Shown: one piece after another, positions 38,964 to 51,609 of the stretch
Position numbering within the stretch: position 1 is the first letter of the stretch
Layout: the number at the start of each line of letters is the position of its first letter
Assembly (NCBI GenBank): GCA_030390025.1
Contig: CM059425.1
Coordinates: 177,446,001-177,510,000 of the forward strand
Length of the DNA stretch: 64,000 bases
Origin: Squalus acanthias
Lineage: Eukaryota
Reading direction: 5' to 3'
Notes under the pieces: generated by a model
What the model was told of the DNA's origin: nothing
What the model saw: only the letters and a program-made list of their open reading frames with translations
The model's database searches: none
Program-made: the position numbers and the translations under genes

Positions 38964-40284
38964 TACTGGGTTCCTATTACAAGAAGCCCTTTTTTTATTG
39001 ATCTGCAGCAGCAGAGCTTCATGTCAGTAATCGGTTAGTGACAGCCGAATGAACTTCCTGTGCAGAAACAAAGGTTACGGAATGCGCTTCCTGTCCGGGA
39101 GCAAAGGCCAGTGAGGGATCAGGCGGGAAAAAAAATAGCAACTCATGATTTCTTACCAAATCTCATGATTTTTAAGAGTTCGTCTCATGATTTTTGAGAC
39201 GGTGGGGCTGGCATTACTGAGATGGTGGGTGGTTCGCACCACACTCCCGACATGTTGCTACCCCCACTATCTTAACTGACCTGAAATCAGGCGCGGGAAA
39301 GCCGCCCATCCCAAAGGAGCGGAGGCCTACTTTAAAAGTCAAAGTCGCATTCCAATAACATCGGGACGCGCACGCCATTTTAACTATGGGCCGACTACAG
39401 CCTCGGACCAACCAGCAAAAGCTGACAGCAGGCAGCATCGTGGCCACAGGAGGGCCAGGTAAGTTTAATTTTTATTTACTTTTTAAAGTTACCTTGGGAC
39501 TCCCCTGCCCCGCCCTCCCCTGATCTTTGTCAGATTGTTTCCATCTGGGAGCCAGTGCAGGACAGGGAAAGGAAGTTGCTTAAAAGCTGGAAAAACATTT
39601 TAGTGTTCCAGCACACTTTAATCACTGCAAGATAAATGCTGAGATGGGCCAAATCAAGTTGTTTATGGCTGATTGTTTCCTTTTGTAACTTTCTCTCTTT
39701 CATTCCCCAATTCTTATCTTTTTTAGCACTCATGCACCATGTACAGTGAAATGGAGAATCCATTGGTAGGTGAAGGTGTAATATGGCAGCCTGGTGGTAC
39801 TGAACAGGAACACTGATGGGCTCCTTACACCGTTATTTCTTTTATGGGATTGTGAAATATCTGTCAGGATCAGATGTGAATCAGTTTTGGAAAATCCTTT
39901 ACAAATGTTAAATAACATGAATGTACAGGAGATACATGCGGGGAGCAACAGAGGTGGTAAATCTGACCTTACAGCATAATCACTGATTTGTAAAATATAT
40001 TTTAGAGGTAATTGTTTGAACAGGGTTACTGGATCAAAAAATAAATAACAATTTATATTTCTATAGAACTCACATAAACATGAATGTCAAGATGCTTTAT
40101 TGGGGACTAGTGGACACCAAGCAAGAAAAGGAGGAATTAGTGAGGAGGGAGCGACTGAAGGCAAAGTTGAAGAAGCTTTTGAAGGCAGGGAAAGATAGCA
40201 AAATCGAGTGGTTTGAGGAGAGATTTCTATAGGATCTCAGCTAAGTGAGTGATCAACTTCTAATGGTGGAGTAGAGGAATAGGT

Positions 40285-43283
40285 CCCCAACATCACAGAA
40301 GCCAGTCTTCAACCAATTCGATTCACTCCACGTGATATCAAGAAACGGCTGAGTGCACTGGATACAGCAAAGGCTATGGGCCCTGACAACATCCCGGCTA
40401 TCGTGCTGAAGACTTGTGCTCCAAAACTAGCGCGCCACTAGCCAAGCTGTTCCAGTACAGCTACAACACTGGCATCTACCCGACAATGTGGAAAACTGCC
40501 CAGGTATGTCCAGTCCACAAAAAGCAGGAAAAATCCAATCCGGCCAATTACCGTCCCATCAGTCTACTCTCAATCATCAGCAAAGTAATGGAAGGTGTCT
40601 GTCGACACTGCTATCAAGCGGCACTTACTCATCAATAACCTGCTCACCGATGCTCAGTTTAGTTCCCGCCAGGACCACTCGGCTCCAGACCTCATTACAG
40701 CCTTGGTCTAAATATGGACAAAAGAGCTGAATTCCAGAGGTGAGATGAGAGTGACTGCCCTTGACATCAAGGCAGCATTTGACCGAGTGTGGCATCAAGG
40801 AGCCCTAGTAAAATTGAAGTCAATGGAAATCAGGGGGGAAACTCCCCACTAGCTGGAGTTATACCGAGCACAAAGGGAGATGATTGTGGTTGTTCGAGGT
40901 CAATCATCTCAGCCCCAGGACATCGCTGCAGGAGTTCCTCAGGGCAGTGTCCTAGGTCGAATCATTTTCAGCTGCTTCATCAATGTCCTTCCCTCACATA
41001 AGGTCAGAAGTGGGGATGTTCGCTGATGATTGCACAGTGTTTAGTTCCATTCGCAACTCCTTAGATAATGAAGCAGTCCATGCCCGCATGCAGCAAGACC
41101 TGGACGACATTCAGGCTTGGGCTGAAAAGTGGCAAGTAACATTCGCGCCACACAAGTGCCAGTGTAGGGGGTGGTGTGGTAGGGTCAGCCTCACCTCTGA
41201 CTCAGTGAGCGGTTCGAATCGTTCCCACGCCCCTAGTTCTAGACCTTGGACTTATTTAGGGGTTGTGAACAAAGATGCAGTAGACAACAGGTTCTGATGA
41301 AAGAATTTTGACTTTATTAAAAGAAAAAGGTAACAAACTTAAAACACACTTAAATGCTTAAACACAGGTTGGGGAACACACGGTACAGGCGAGGGAGAAT
41401 GACAATATACAAAAACCCTTATCCCTCCCAATCCCACTTCACTAGCTAGGTTGGACTCTGGAGAACCAGGGATAATGCTCACCAAACGAATCCTTGATAG
41501 TGGAGAGTTAGGGTTTAGAGTCTTTTGAGTAAAAGGTTTCGTAAGGCCCTTGTTGCCGCGAGGTGTCCGATGGTCACTGAGGCGGTCGCTCTGGTCTCTT
41601 GAACTGCTGGCCTTCTTTGTTGTACTTCTTTCTGTTGAACTCTGCCTCTGTTTAAACTGTCTTCTTCCGAGCTGTGGAACTGCCTTCTTGCAGAACTGTG
41701 GAACTCCTTGCTGCTTCTCTCCTCCTCCTGCTCGTGTCGTGTGGCTTCTGTAGCAGTGAGTAGCTTGCTGTGTTTTGCTGGGGGAATAGGCCCTCAATTA
41801 TACTGTTCAGGCCCATTGTATTTTTCACGCCAAAACCCCTTTACTAAATCGGTTTCTCGTTGAAGTGATTTAGGTTTCAGTTGAGGCCTGTTCATTCCAT
41901 TGTCTTAGGTTTTGGCGGGCTCGTTAAGTTTTGATGATTTTAACTTGGTGTTAATTTGTCCTGATGGCTTCCGATGTCTCCCATTTAGGCAGGGCCTTTA
42001 TCTACGTGCCAAATCTCGTCCCTTTTGTCTTAGGTTTTTGGCAGGCTTGTTAATCTGTCCCTGTAGATACTTGGCTGATTGGTTTTTGATGGGGTGATGG
42101 GTGTACTGGATATTTTATTGTTTTCAGGCTTCTAGCATCCTGTTTGGGCCTGGGGATTTCAAAAGGGGTCTTGGATTATTCATTTTTGGATGTGTATGTG
42201 AGGTTTTGGGAGAGGCTCTTCCTCCTTGGTTGGATTGCAGTGCAAACATTTCCCAGACAGCTTGGCTCGGTCCCAATACCCAAAAGCTGTCCACTGCCTC
42301 ACCACACCCTTTCCTGCAGCCTGTGGAGTTTCTGTGACTGCAGGTTTTCCCAATGGCCCTTTTAAAGGTGTCTTATCATCCAAAAGTCATTTTCCTCAGG
42401 GTTTTTCTTCCCTGATCCTTAAAAATGTCCAAAACTGAGGTTTTGACCTCAAATTCCTTCATTTAAGTCCCATCATTCCAAATTCATATAAAAATCCAAA
42501 AATCACCCCCTTTAGGGTTCTGTTCGAGTTTCTGGGGGATCTTGCGAAGCCTACAGCCAGGCAATTACTATCTCCAACAAGTGAGAGTCTAACCACCGCC
42601 TCTTGACATTCAATGGCATTACCTTCGCCGAATCCCTAACCATCAACATCCTGGGGGTCACCATTGACCAGAAACTTAACTGGACCAGCCACATAAATAC
42701 TGTGGCAACAAGAGCCGGTCAGAGGCTGGGTATTCTGCGGCAAGTGTCCCACCTCCTGACTCCCCAAAGCCTTTCCACCATCTACAAGGCACAAGTAAGG
42801 AGTGTGATGGATTACTCTCCACTTGCCTGGAAGAGTGCAGCTCCAACAACACTCAAGAAGCTCAACACCATCCAGGACAAAGCAGCCCGCTTGATTGGCA
42901 CCCCATTCACCACCTTAAACATTCACTCCCACCACCACCTGCGCACCGTGGCTGCAGTGTGTACTATCTACAAGATGCACTGCAGCAACTCGCAAAGACT
43001 TCATGGGACCTCTACCACCTAGACGAACAAGGGCAGCAGGCACATGGGAACACCATCACCTGGAAGTTCCCCTCCAAGTTACACACCATCCTGACTTGGA
43101 AATATATCGCTGCTCCTTCATCATTGCTGGGTCAAAATCCTGGAACTCCCTCCCTAACTTTCACCACACGGACTGCAGTGGTTCAAGAAGGTGGCTCACC
43201 ACCACCTTCTCAAGGGCAATTAGGGATTGGCAATAAATGCTGGCCTTGCCAGGGAAGCCCACATCCCAGGAACGAATAAAGAA
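40285..43283 (+). mobile_element. Family B LINE RT region split by a solo LTR
   Basis: GPDNIP, ANYRPISLLS and FADDCT motifs; HKCQ|A colinear across the insert; YKAQVRSVMDY; shared 3' tail. Confidence 0.9.
41163..42555 (-). mobile_element. Solo LTR, 1393 bp
   Basis: TGTAGG...CCTACA inverted termini and a 5-bp TSD GCCAG (41158-41162 and 42556-42560). Minus-strand TATAAT near 41800 followed by AATAAA near 41315. No protein-like ORF. Confidence 0.85.
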
Positions 43284-43919
43284 AATCCATTATCGAGCAC
43301 ATTGTACATGGTCTGTAAGGAAGGGTTTGATGCACTGAATGGTATTTACTCATTCCATGCTTTTTACATTCTCATGCATAGTTTTATCTGCCCTACCCTA
43401 CAACCTATAGGCTGAGCAAATTAGTGTTGTTTATTTCTCCTCCAGAATAAACTGGGTGAATGATTATGGTTCAAATCTTGTGATTGCCACTATGTTTAGT
43501 GCAGATTTATTTGTTTTTGTCCTCGTCTTCATATACAGGTATATCCAATTTATCCCAATTAGCTTCTTCAGATGAAAAGGGGCCTTTAAATTTCTTCAGA
43601 TAAATTAAACTATACTATAGTGAAGATTTATATTAATGATCTTTTCTAACTTTGATCTGCAGTTTTTCTTTCTATTGTACTCCTGTTCTAATCTTGAGTC
43701 CTTTATCTCCTATTATAACAATGTAAGGACAAATCCCTCCATTTATTGCTGCACTGTTTATCTGTATGATGCATGTACTGTGGAGATTAACACAATGGAT
43801 TAGTTGGTGCCATGTGGTGCCATAAAATGTCACAATAAAATTCAGTTGAATGCTTTTCATGAAATCTCATTACTTTATCTGGCCCTTTTGTAACCATTGT
43901 GCCAAATATTGAAAATAAT

Positions 43920-44686
43920 GGGCACAGAATTTGCTGCCAAAATAACGACGTGTTTAATGGTGCTCACCGTTATTAATGTGAAAATTGTCCAGCAACTTGT
44001 GGCGAGGAAGAGATACCCTGTGAATTCCAAATCACCACAAGTTTTTGGACAATTTGCGCTGCTCCGCCATTAGTCTTGCGAAAACAGCAGTTTGCCTTCA
44101 AACTTCCCGTGAGTTTTGTGAAGTTGCTGCATTTGCCATTAAGCGTGCCACAGAAAATTAGGGCTGGTAATTAACAGCATAAATAGCTTTTTAATGAGAG
44201 GATTTATGTTCCTGCAATGCCAATCAACCTCTCCAGCCCATAAACGGAACCATTTAAATTGTGGAGTCTCATTCCTACAGGTAGTAAATTGCTGTTCGAG
44301 GTTTTTAAAATTTTAAATTTAAACAGTTTGAATTTTTTTCTTACTTTTCCTTTCTGTCTCTTTTTTCACTCTCTCTTAATCCAATCTTTCTTTCTCTCCC
44401 CTTATTTCTCATTCTGTACCTGATTTGACTCACCCACTTTAATTCACCCTCCTTCTTGTCGTTCCTGTGTTTCTTTCTCAATCCTTTAATTTCATTGGTT
44501 AAGGAGATACACTGTTGGTCCTGCTGTTCATTAACGTGCCAGATGCCCTGTTGCCCTCATCATGCCGTTATAAGCTCTTATTTCCAGCAACTTACAGGGC
44601 AAAATGTTTTCGAGCTGAAGGGTGAGAGAAGAAGTGTAACTAACGGGGCATGCCGCAGATGCCCTGCTCCTGAAAAATCTGAGCCG
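43920..44686. mobile_element. Putative non-autonomous DNA element, unclassified
   Basis: Loose terminal inverted similarity (GGGCACAGAATTT ... AAAATCTGAGCC) around CpG-richer flanks and a pyrimidine-rich centre. Confidence 0.35.
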
Positions 44687-45694
44687 ATGTGTTTATGGAC
44701 GCAAAGCTCCTTAAAAAAACACATTCTAGGATAAAATCATATAATGAAGTCTGAAAAATACACTCATATTTAAGTTTTTATAAATAAAATGGAAGTTGTT
44801 TTGAAATAAGCACATAGACACAGTGGTTGGAAACGTTTACACTCCAGCCACAGTTTTGCATGAATTGTCCAGCGATATTTGAGCACTTAGAGGAAAGCCA
44901 TAGTCTGCTAAGTTTGTTTTTAAAAATGTATACAAGTGTATATTTTTTAATTCAATACACAGATTAAAACCAATTCATTTCCTAGTTATGGCATCTTCTC
45001 ATAACAAACTTGCCACCTTGTTTAATAACAAGTCATGTTGGGGCACCCTACAAAATGCCAGATGAGATGATGTGCCTGAATTTGGAGGGTAGTTTTTGAA
45101 AATGAAGAACACCTTTTCCTTACTCAATTCTTGTCTTTATCCATCTTTGCTTCTTCTCCTCTATGACTACTTTGCCTTGCTGTATCTGATAAATAGGACC
45201 CTTCTATTCATTGTCTGATGACATCTCCTTGGTCACTTTGAAATAGGTTTGCATGGACCCAATCTCCATCCTTCCAGTCCAACTACATTGTATGACATTC
45301 CCCTTCCCCTTGTTTGATTCATTTTAACTTCTCCACAGAATTGTCATCCTCTATGGTTTCTATATGTTTTGTTTTATACATTTTTTAATTTTCAGACATT
45401 GTAAGTAAAAATAAAATGAGGAGCACCCTTTCCAGCTGTTGCCATTTGATTCAAACACCTATGGACCAGACTGTTGAATCTGATGAAGTATCCTCCTACC
45501 AGGGTTTCCTACACAGTGCTTTAACTGAACAGTTGACCTAGCAAACTAGCAACCAGTTTTGAATGTCAGGGAATGCTCCTGATACTTTTAGACAGATAAG
45601 TCAGCATAAGTGGATGGATTTATGGAATATCATGTGCTCATGACATAAGTAACTCAGGAATCTTGGAGTTGAAGCGGAACTATGTGAAACATTA

Positions 45695-45818
45695 GAGTAG
45701 ATCTTGACTTTGTGCGAGTGTAAAATGGGTGATAGCTTAAAATCAGGAGAGATGTAAAATGGGCTACCAATTTGCTATCATCCATTTTACACTATCACCC
45801 AAAGTCAAGATCTACCCC
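45695..45818. mobile_element. Short hairpin MITE-like element
   Basis: Perfect 16-bp IR GTAGATCTTGACTTTG (45697-45712 and 45800-45815) plus an inner IR (45718-45736 and 45774-45792). Confidence 0.7.
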
Positions 45819-46814
45819 ATATTCTCAATAACAGCCTTTCCATGCATTGTGTTTCTGATCAGAATGGTTCACAATACCACAGAGCCGTGCTCTCTCTTCG
45901 TAAATATAATTTCCTGAACAAATGATATTTGGCAATTCGCTTTACAAATTTGGGTCTGCTGTAGATACCTTCTCGGGTTCAGTGATGACAGTTACTCCCA
46001 TCTGGGAATTGACACGCTGCCCTATATCTACTGTGTTAGCGTAAACCAGGGCTAGAACCTTTGAACCCCTCATGACCTGAACTGGATGGTCACATCTATT
46101 GCGTGTGTTGTACTTCAATCTCTGAAGATGGACCAACCAAATACTAGGTGAGGTGAGACTTGATATGAACCATTAAGCTGCTTTATTTCACTAAGTGAAC
46201 ATACAGAGCAACAGTTATGATTCACTCAGTTCAATTAGTTCTTTGCATAATCAAAAAAAAATGAACCTGCTATGCTTCCCCACATCATCAAATTATCAGA
46301 TTTGACTTAAACAGAATGATTTCTGACTACTCTCCCCAGCATTTCAAACTTCTTGAACCCTGACTGCCTTACAGCATTCTGTTAAAAAAAAATCTGATTG
46401 CCTTTTTCTGTTTCTGTGTTATATCTTTTACTGTTCACAACCAGAAAGGGGATCAAATACTTTCCAATACAATAGTATGAGTTTTTTTGATTGCAGAGAC
46501 AATCTAAAATAATGTTTATTATTTATAGACTATGGGAGAAAAACATCAACATTAGCTTCTTAATTATCTATGATCTCATAGTCCTTTCTTTAACATATGT
46601 GAATACACTGTGCTTTCAAAACACAGCATTGAAAGTAATTCATTTTCCAAATCCTTTCTGTAGAAAAATAGGCAAAAAGTTCCAACGCACGATACAGGAA
46701 AACATTAATAAGCTTGCAGAATGGGTGTATAATTGGCAAATGAACTTCTCCAGCCACACATTAACCTGTCTTATCCTACTATTCCTATACTCACTAGCTC
46801 ATGGCACTGGGAGA

Positions 46815-48297
46815 TTTTTTTAATTCGTTCCTGGGATGTGGGCGTCGCTGGCCATCCCTAATTCCCTTGAGAAGGTGGTGGTGAGCCGCCTTCTTGATCC
46901 GCTGCAGTCCATGTGGTGAAGGTGCTCCCATAGTGCTGTTAGGGCGGGAGTTCCAGGATTTTGACCCAGCGACTATGAAGGAATGGTGATGTATTTCCAA
47001 GCCAAGATGGTGTGTGACTTGGTGGGGAACTTGGAGGTGATGGTGTTCCCATGTGTCTGCTGCCCTTGTCATTCTAGGTGGCAGAGGTTGTGGGTTTGGG
47101 AGGTGCTGTCGAAGAAGCCTTGGCGAGTTGCTGCAGTGCATCATGTAGACGGTACACACTGCAGCCACGGTGCGCTGGTGGTGATGGGAGTGAATGTTTA
47201 AGGTGGTGAATGGGATGCCAATCAAGCGGGCTGCTTTGTCCTGGATGGTGTCGAGCTTCTTGAGTGTTGTTGCAGCTGCGCTCTTCCAGGCAAGTGGAGG
47301 GTATTACATCACACTTCTGACTTGTGCCTTGTAGATGGTGGAAAGGCTTTGGGGAGTCAGGAGGTCATTGATGAAGCAGCTGAAGATGGTTGGGCCTAGG
47401 ACACTGCCTTGAGGAACTCCTGCAGCGATGTCCTGGGGTTGAGATGATTGACCTCCAACAACCACAACTTCCTTTGTACTAGGTATGACTCCAGCCAGTG
47501 CAGAGTTTTCCCCCGATTCCCATTGACTTCAATGTTACTGGGGCTCCTTGATGCCACACTCGGTCAAATGCTGCCTTGATGTCAAGGGCAGTCACTCTCA
47601 CCTAACCTCTGGAATTCAGCTCTTTTGTCCATATTTAGACCAAGGCTGTAATGAGGTCTGGAGCTGAGTGGTCCTGGTGGAACCCATCAGTGAGCAGGTT
47701 ATTGATGAGTAAGTTCAATGTCACCAACACCTTCCATCACTTTGCTGATGATTGAGAGTAGATTGATGGGGTGGTAATTGGCTGGATTGGATTTGTTCTG
47801 CTTTTTGTGGACAGGACATACCTGGGCAGTTTTCCACATTGCCGGGTAGATGCCAGTGTTGTCGCTTTACTGGAACAGCTTGGCTAGAGGCACGGCTAGT
47901 TCTGGAGCATAGTCTTCAGCATGACAGCTGGGATATTGTCGGGGCCCATAGCCTTTGCTGTATCCAGTGTGTTCAGCCATTTCTTGATATCACGTGGAGT
48001 GAATCGAATTGGCTGAAGACTGACTTCTGTGATGGTGGGACCTCAGGAGGAGGCCGAGATGGATCATCCACTTGGCACTTTTGGTTTAAGATGGTTGCAA
48101 ATGCTTCAGCCTTCTCTTTTGCACTCGTGTGCTGGGCTGCGCCATCATTGAGGATGGGGATATTCATGGAGCCTCCTCCTCCCATCAGTTGTTTAATGGT
48201 CCACCACCATTCAAGACTGGTTGTGGCAGGACTGCAGAACTTTGATCTGATCTGTTGGTTGTGGGATCGCTTAGCTCTGTCTATAGCATGCTGCTTC
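46815..48297 (-). mobile_element. Family B LINE fragment with internal deletions
   Basis: MNIPILNDG and GVPQGSVLGP regions, and a 3' tail of the same type as 23927-24420. Confidence 0.88.
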
Positions 48298-48600
48298 CAG
48301 AGATTACTACCTTTGAGGTCCTGCTCTTCAATTTCCTCCCGAGCACCTGAAACTCTGACTGCAGGACCTCAACCCTTTTCCTTCCTATGTCATTGGTTAC
48401 CATATGGACCACGACTTCTGGCTGCTCCCCTTCCCCCCTCAAAATGTTCTGCACACTCTCACTGATGTCCTCTACCCTGGCACCAGGGAGGCAACACACC
48501 ATGCGGGACTCACGTCGGCTGTTGCAGAAATGCCTGTCCATCCCCTGACTATCGAATACCCTATCACCACTGCATTTCTACACTTTGCAGTGCTCCCCCT
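48298..48600 (-). mobile_element. CR1 ORF1 SGNH/esterase-domain fragment
   Basis: VVIGYSIVRG (degenerate GDS block), MVCCLPGARV, PEVVVHMVTNDIG, VVISG. Confidence 0.8.
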
Positions 48601-48987
48601 GCAGTTATTTTGCTCACTGTGCCGTGGATGTGCTCTAGACTGCACTCCTTCAGCTGTTCCATCATTTTCCTTAAAATCTATCTATCTATGTTATATATAT
48701 AATTATATATATGTCTTACTCCTATTTATTACTCAAATATTTATGTATTTAAAGCAATTTGGATCCCTTTAATATTGGGAACCTCTACTTAGTTAATTTT
48801 AATTTTATCCCTTTAGATCTAATGAATTACTTTGATTATTTATATATTTACTGTTGTCCCTTGGTTTAAAGCACTTCGCATCTCCTTCCTCCTCTGCACC
48901 GAATTTTCACTCTCTCAAAATTCCCGTTGCCACTCCATTTAGCAGATGCTCCCAACTCTGTGCACACTTTTCCTTGGGTTCCATGTT

Positions 48988-50210
48988 CATAGAGTCATTG
49001 TCATAGAGTCATAACGGCACAGAAAGAAGCCATTCGGCCCATCGAGTCTGTGCTGGCTCTCTGTAGAACAGCGGTTCCCAACCTTTTCCTTCATTCGGAC
49101 CACCAGCCGTTTAAAAATTGCTTCTGCGGACCACCAGCTGTTCAAAAAAATTTTAACAGCCTATGGCTGACGGGAGTCAAACTTATATATATTTTTTCAC
49201 GGACCACCTGCAGTACCCTCGCGGACCACCAGTGGTCCGCGGACCACAGGTTGGAAAACGCTGCTGTAGAGCAATCCAGTCAGTCCCATTCCCCCGCTCT
49301 ATTTCCCTCAAGTGCCTATCCAGTCTCCCCTTGAAAACATTGAGTGTCTCCGCTTCCACCACTTCCGTCGGCAGCGAGTTCCAGGTCCTCACCACTCGCT
49401 GCGTAAAAAAATTTTCCTCACGCCCCCCGCCCCCCCATATCTCTCAGCCAAAACCTTAAATCCTTAAATCTGTGTTCCCTAGTCCTTGTACCATCAACTA
49501 GTGGGAACAGCCTTTCCCCGTCTAGCCTATCCAAACCCGTCATAATCTTGTACACCTCTATCAAATCACCCCTCAACCTCCTTTGCTCTAATGAAAACAA
49601 ATCCAGTTTCTCCAACCTGTCCTTGTAGCTAAGATCCCCCATCCCCGGAACCATTCTGGTAAATCTCCTCTGCACCTTCTCAAGGGCCTTCACATCCTTC
49701 CTAAAGTGTGGTGACCAGAACTGGACGCAATACTCCAGTTGTGGCCTAACCAGCGCTTTATAAAGGTTCAGCATAACTTCTCTACTTTTGTACTCAATAC
49801 CTCTATTTATGAAGCCCAAGATCCCATATGCTTTGCTAACCACTCTCTCAATATGTCCTGCTACCTTCAGGGACCTATGCACATTAACTCCCAGGTCCCT
49901 CTGTCCCTGCACACTCTTTAAAACTGTGCCATTAAGTGTATATTGCCTCTCCCTGTTCCTTCTGCCAAAATGCATCACCTCACACTTCTCTGTGTTAAAT
50001 TCCATCTGCCTATTCTGCTAGCCTTTCTATGTCCTGTTGCAGTCGATTGGTATCATCCTCACTGTTTGCGACACCCCCAAGTTTGGTGTCATCGGCAAAT
50101 TTAGAAATTGTACTCTGTATTCCAATATCCAGGTCATTTATATATATTAAAAAAAGCAGTGGCCCCAGCACTGACTCTTGGGGAACACCACTGTCTACCA
50201 TCCTCCAGTT
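48988..50210 (-). mobile_element. 5'-truncated CR1 LINE containing a hAT MITE
   Basis: GVPQESVLGP, FADDTKL, RPQLEYCVQFW and WNSLP motifs; CTATGA tail. Confidence 0.92.
49069..49263. mobile_element. hAT (Charlie-like) MITE, 195 bp
   Basis: 16-bp TIRs CAGCGGTTCCCAACCT (14/16 match), 8-bp TSD CTGTAGA(A/G), internal CGGACCAC repeats. The empty site is visible in the sibling CR1 tail near 12281-12300. Confidence 0.88.
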
Positions 50211-51609
50211 CTCCCATTCTCATCGAAGATCCATATTCAGGAGAGAGACAGAGTGTTAGCCTTCATTCTCCAAGTCCAGCTCAGATGCTCCAGCTGGGTT
50301 TTACCACTGATTTTTGGTCAGACAGTTGTAGTAAACAGAATTTTGCATATTGTCTAATGGCTGCAGGCAGAGGCCGTGAGAGACCCTCTCAGGACTTTTA
50401 CTGCATCAAAATTTGAGAAAAATGTATCCTTATTCTCCTGGGGTAGGTCAGACTTGATTGCATCTGTGACTTATTCCTACACTGGGGTCGTATACCAAGG
50501 CTACAGGTCAAGTACCAATATAGATCCGATAAATAGATATTTGAAGGAAGACAGCATCAGAACCTGGAAGAAAAGGCACTAAACATTCACATGGAGAGGT
50601 ACGTTTACCTGACTACATACATTATTTGCTTTGTTGGGAGCTGCTGCCTTACAAAAGCCTAACCCTAATGCTGACTCCTTGGAGGCTGTTTTCTTAATTT
50701 GATTCCATGTCAAGATGTCTGGATTTTAGAAAACAAGGATATTGATTCTTTGCTCATCTTTATTTTTTCCATCTTGCTTCCAATATATGGCGTATTTTTC
50801 TTTATAATGTCATCGAGTCTCTCAGCCGTTTGTCCTTTCCGCAAGTCTTGGCAGATGTTTGCAGGCTGCAAAATCATGGTTTAGCAGAAGCGGTCAGAAA
50901 TGGGAGAAACTGGCATAAAACTGAGTAAATTACTCCAAACGTCAAAGGGAACTTTTGTAACAACAGTATTTTTGTAGCGCATATCTTGTAGAGCAGATGA
51001 CATTTGATCACGAGCGGTGTGGGAGGGAAGGAACTGAAGCTGATGCAGGAAAGGTAAGTTTTAGGAATACTGCATTGGAAGGTCATGTGGGTTTCAAGTG
51101 AAAGATCTCTTAGATTGACAGGTATCCCTCTTATTTTCTGATTACTTCTAACCTTATCCATAGGATAACTGAATGAAGAAAAAGTACAATTTTGTCCGAA
51201 TCACAGAGACACTTTCATTTTCTCGTCCCAAGCAGCTATCTAACATTAAACTTCCACAAACTTTGTATTATTGTTCTGTTTAATTTCTAATGCTGCAAAG
51301 GTTTAATCAGACCGTTTTCTCTATCTTTTGCAAAATACAAATTTTGTTTCTTTGTCCCACACTCAGACTGTCACAGTTTGAATCAAGTGTTATTGCAGAG
51401 TACAATTTTGAAGGTATATTTAATTATATATTGTAGGCAAGGCACATATATTGTGTAAAATATGCAGATACCAAACTAAATTTATTTTGAAAGGAAAAGA
51501 AGGTTGTAAACTCCATTATGTTACCAATTTAAAAAGTGCAGTTAAAACTTGTGGACTGGCTGTGCTTATTTTAGGGAAGTCCAAGACAAGCTGAAAGGAT
51601 ATAAAACCA

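Noticed and set aside
39449..39470. Strong splice donor CAG|GTAAGT as the first exon of a host gene
   Set aside because: It lies in a GC-rich repeat-like block with no identifiable downstream exon.
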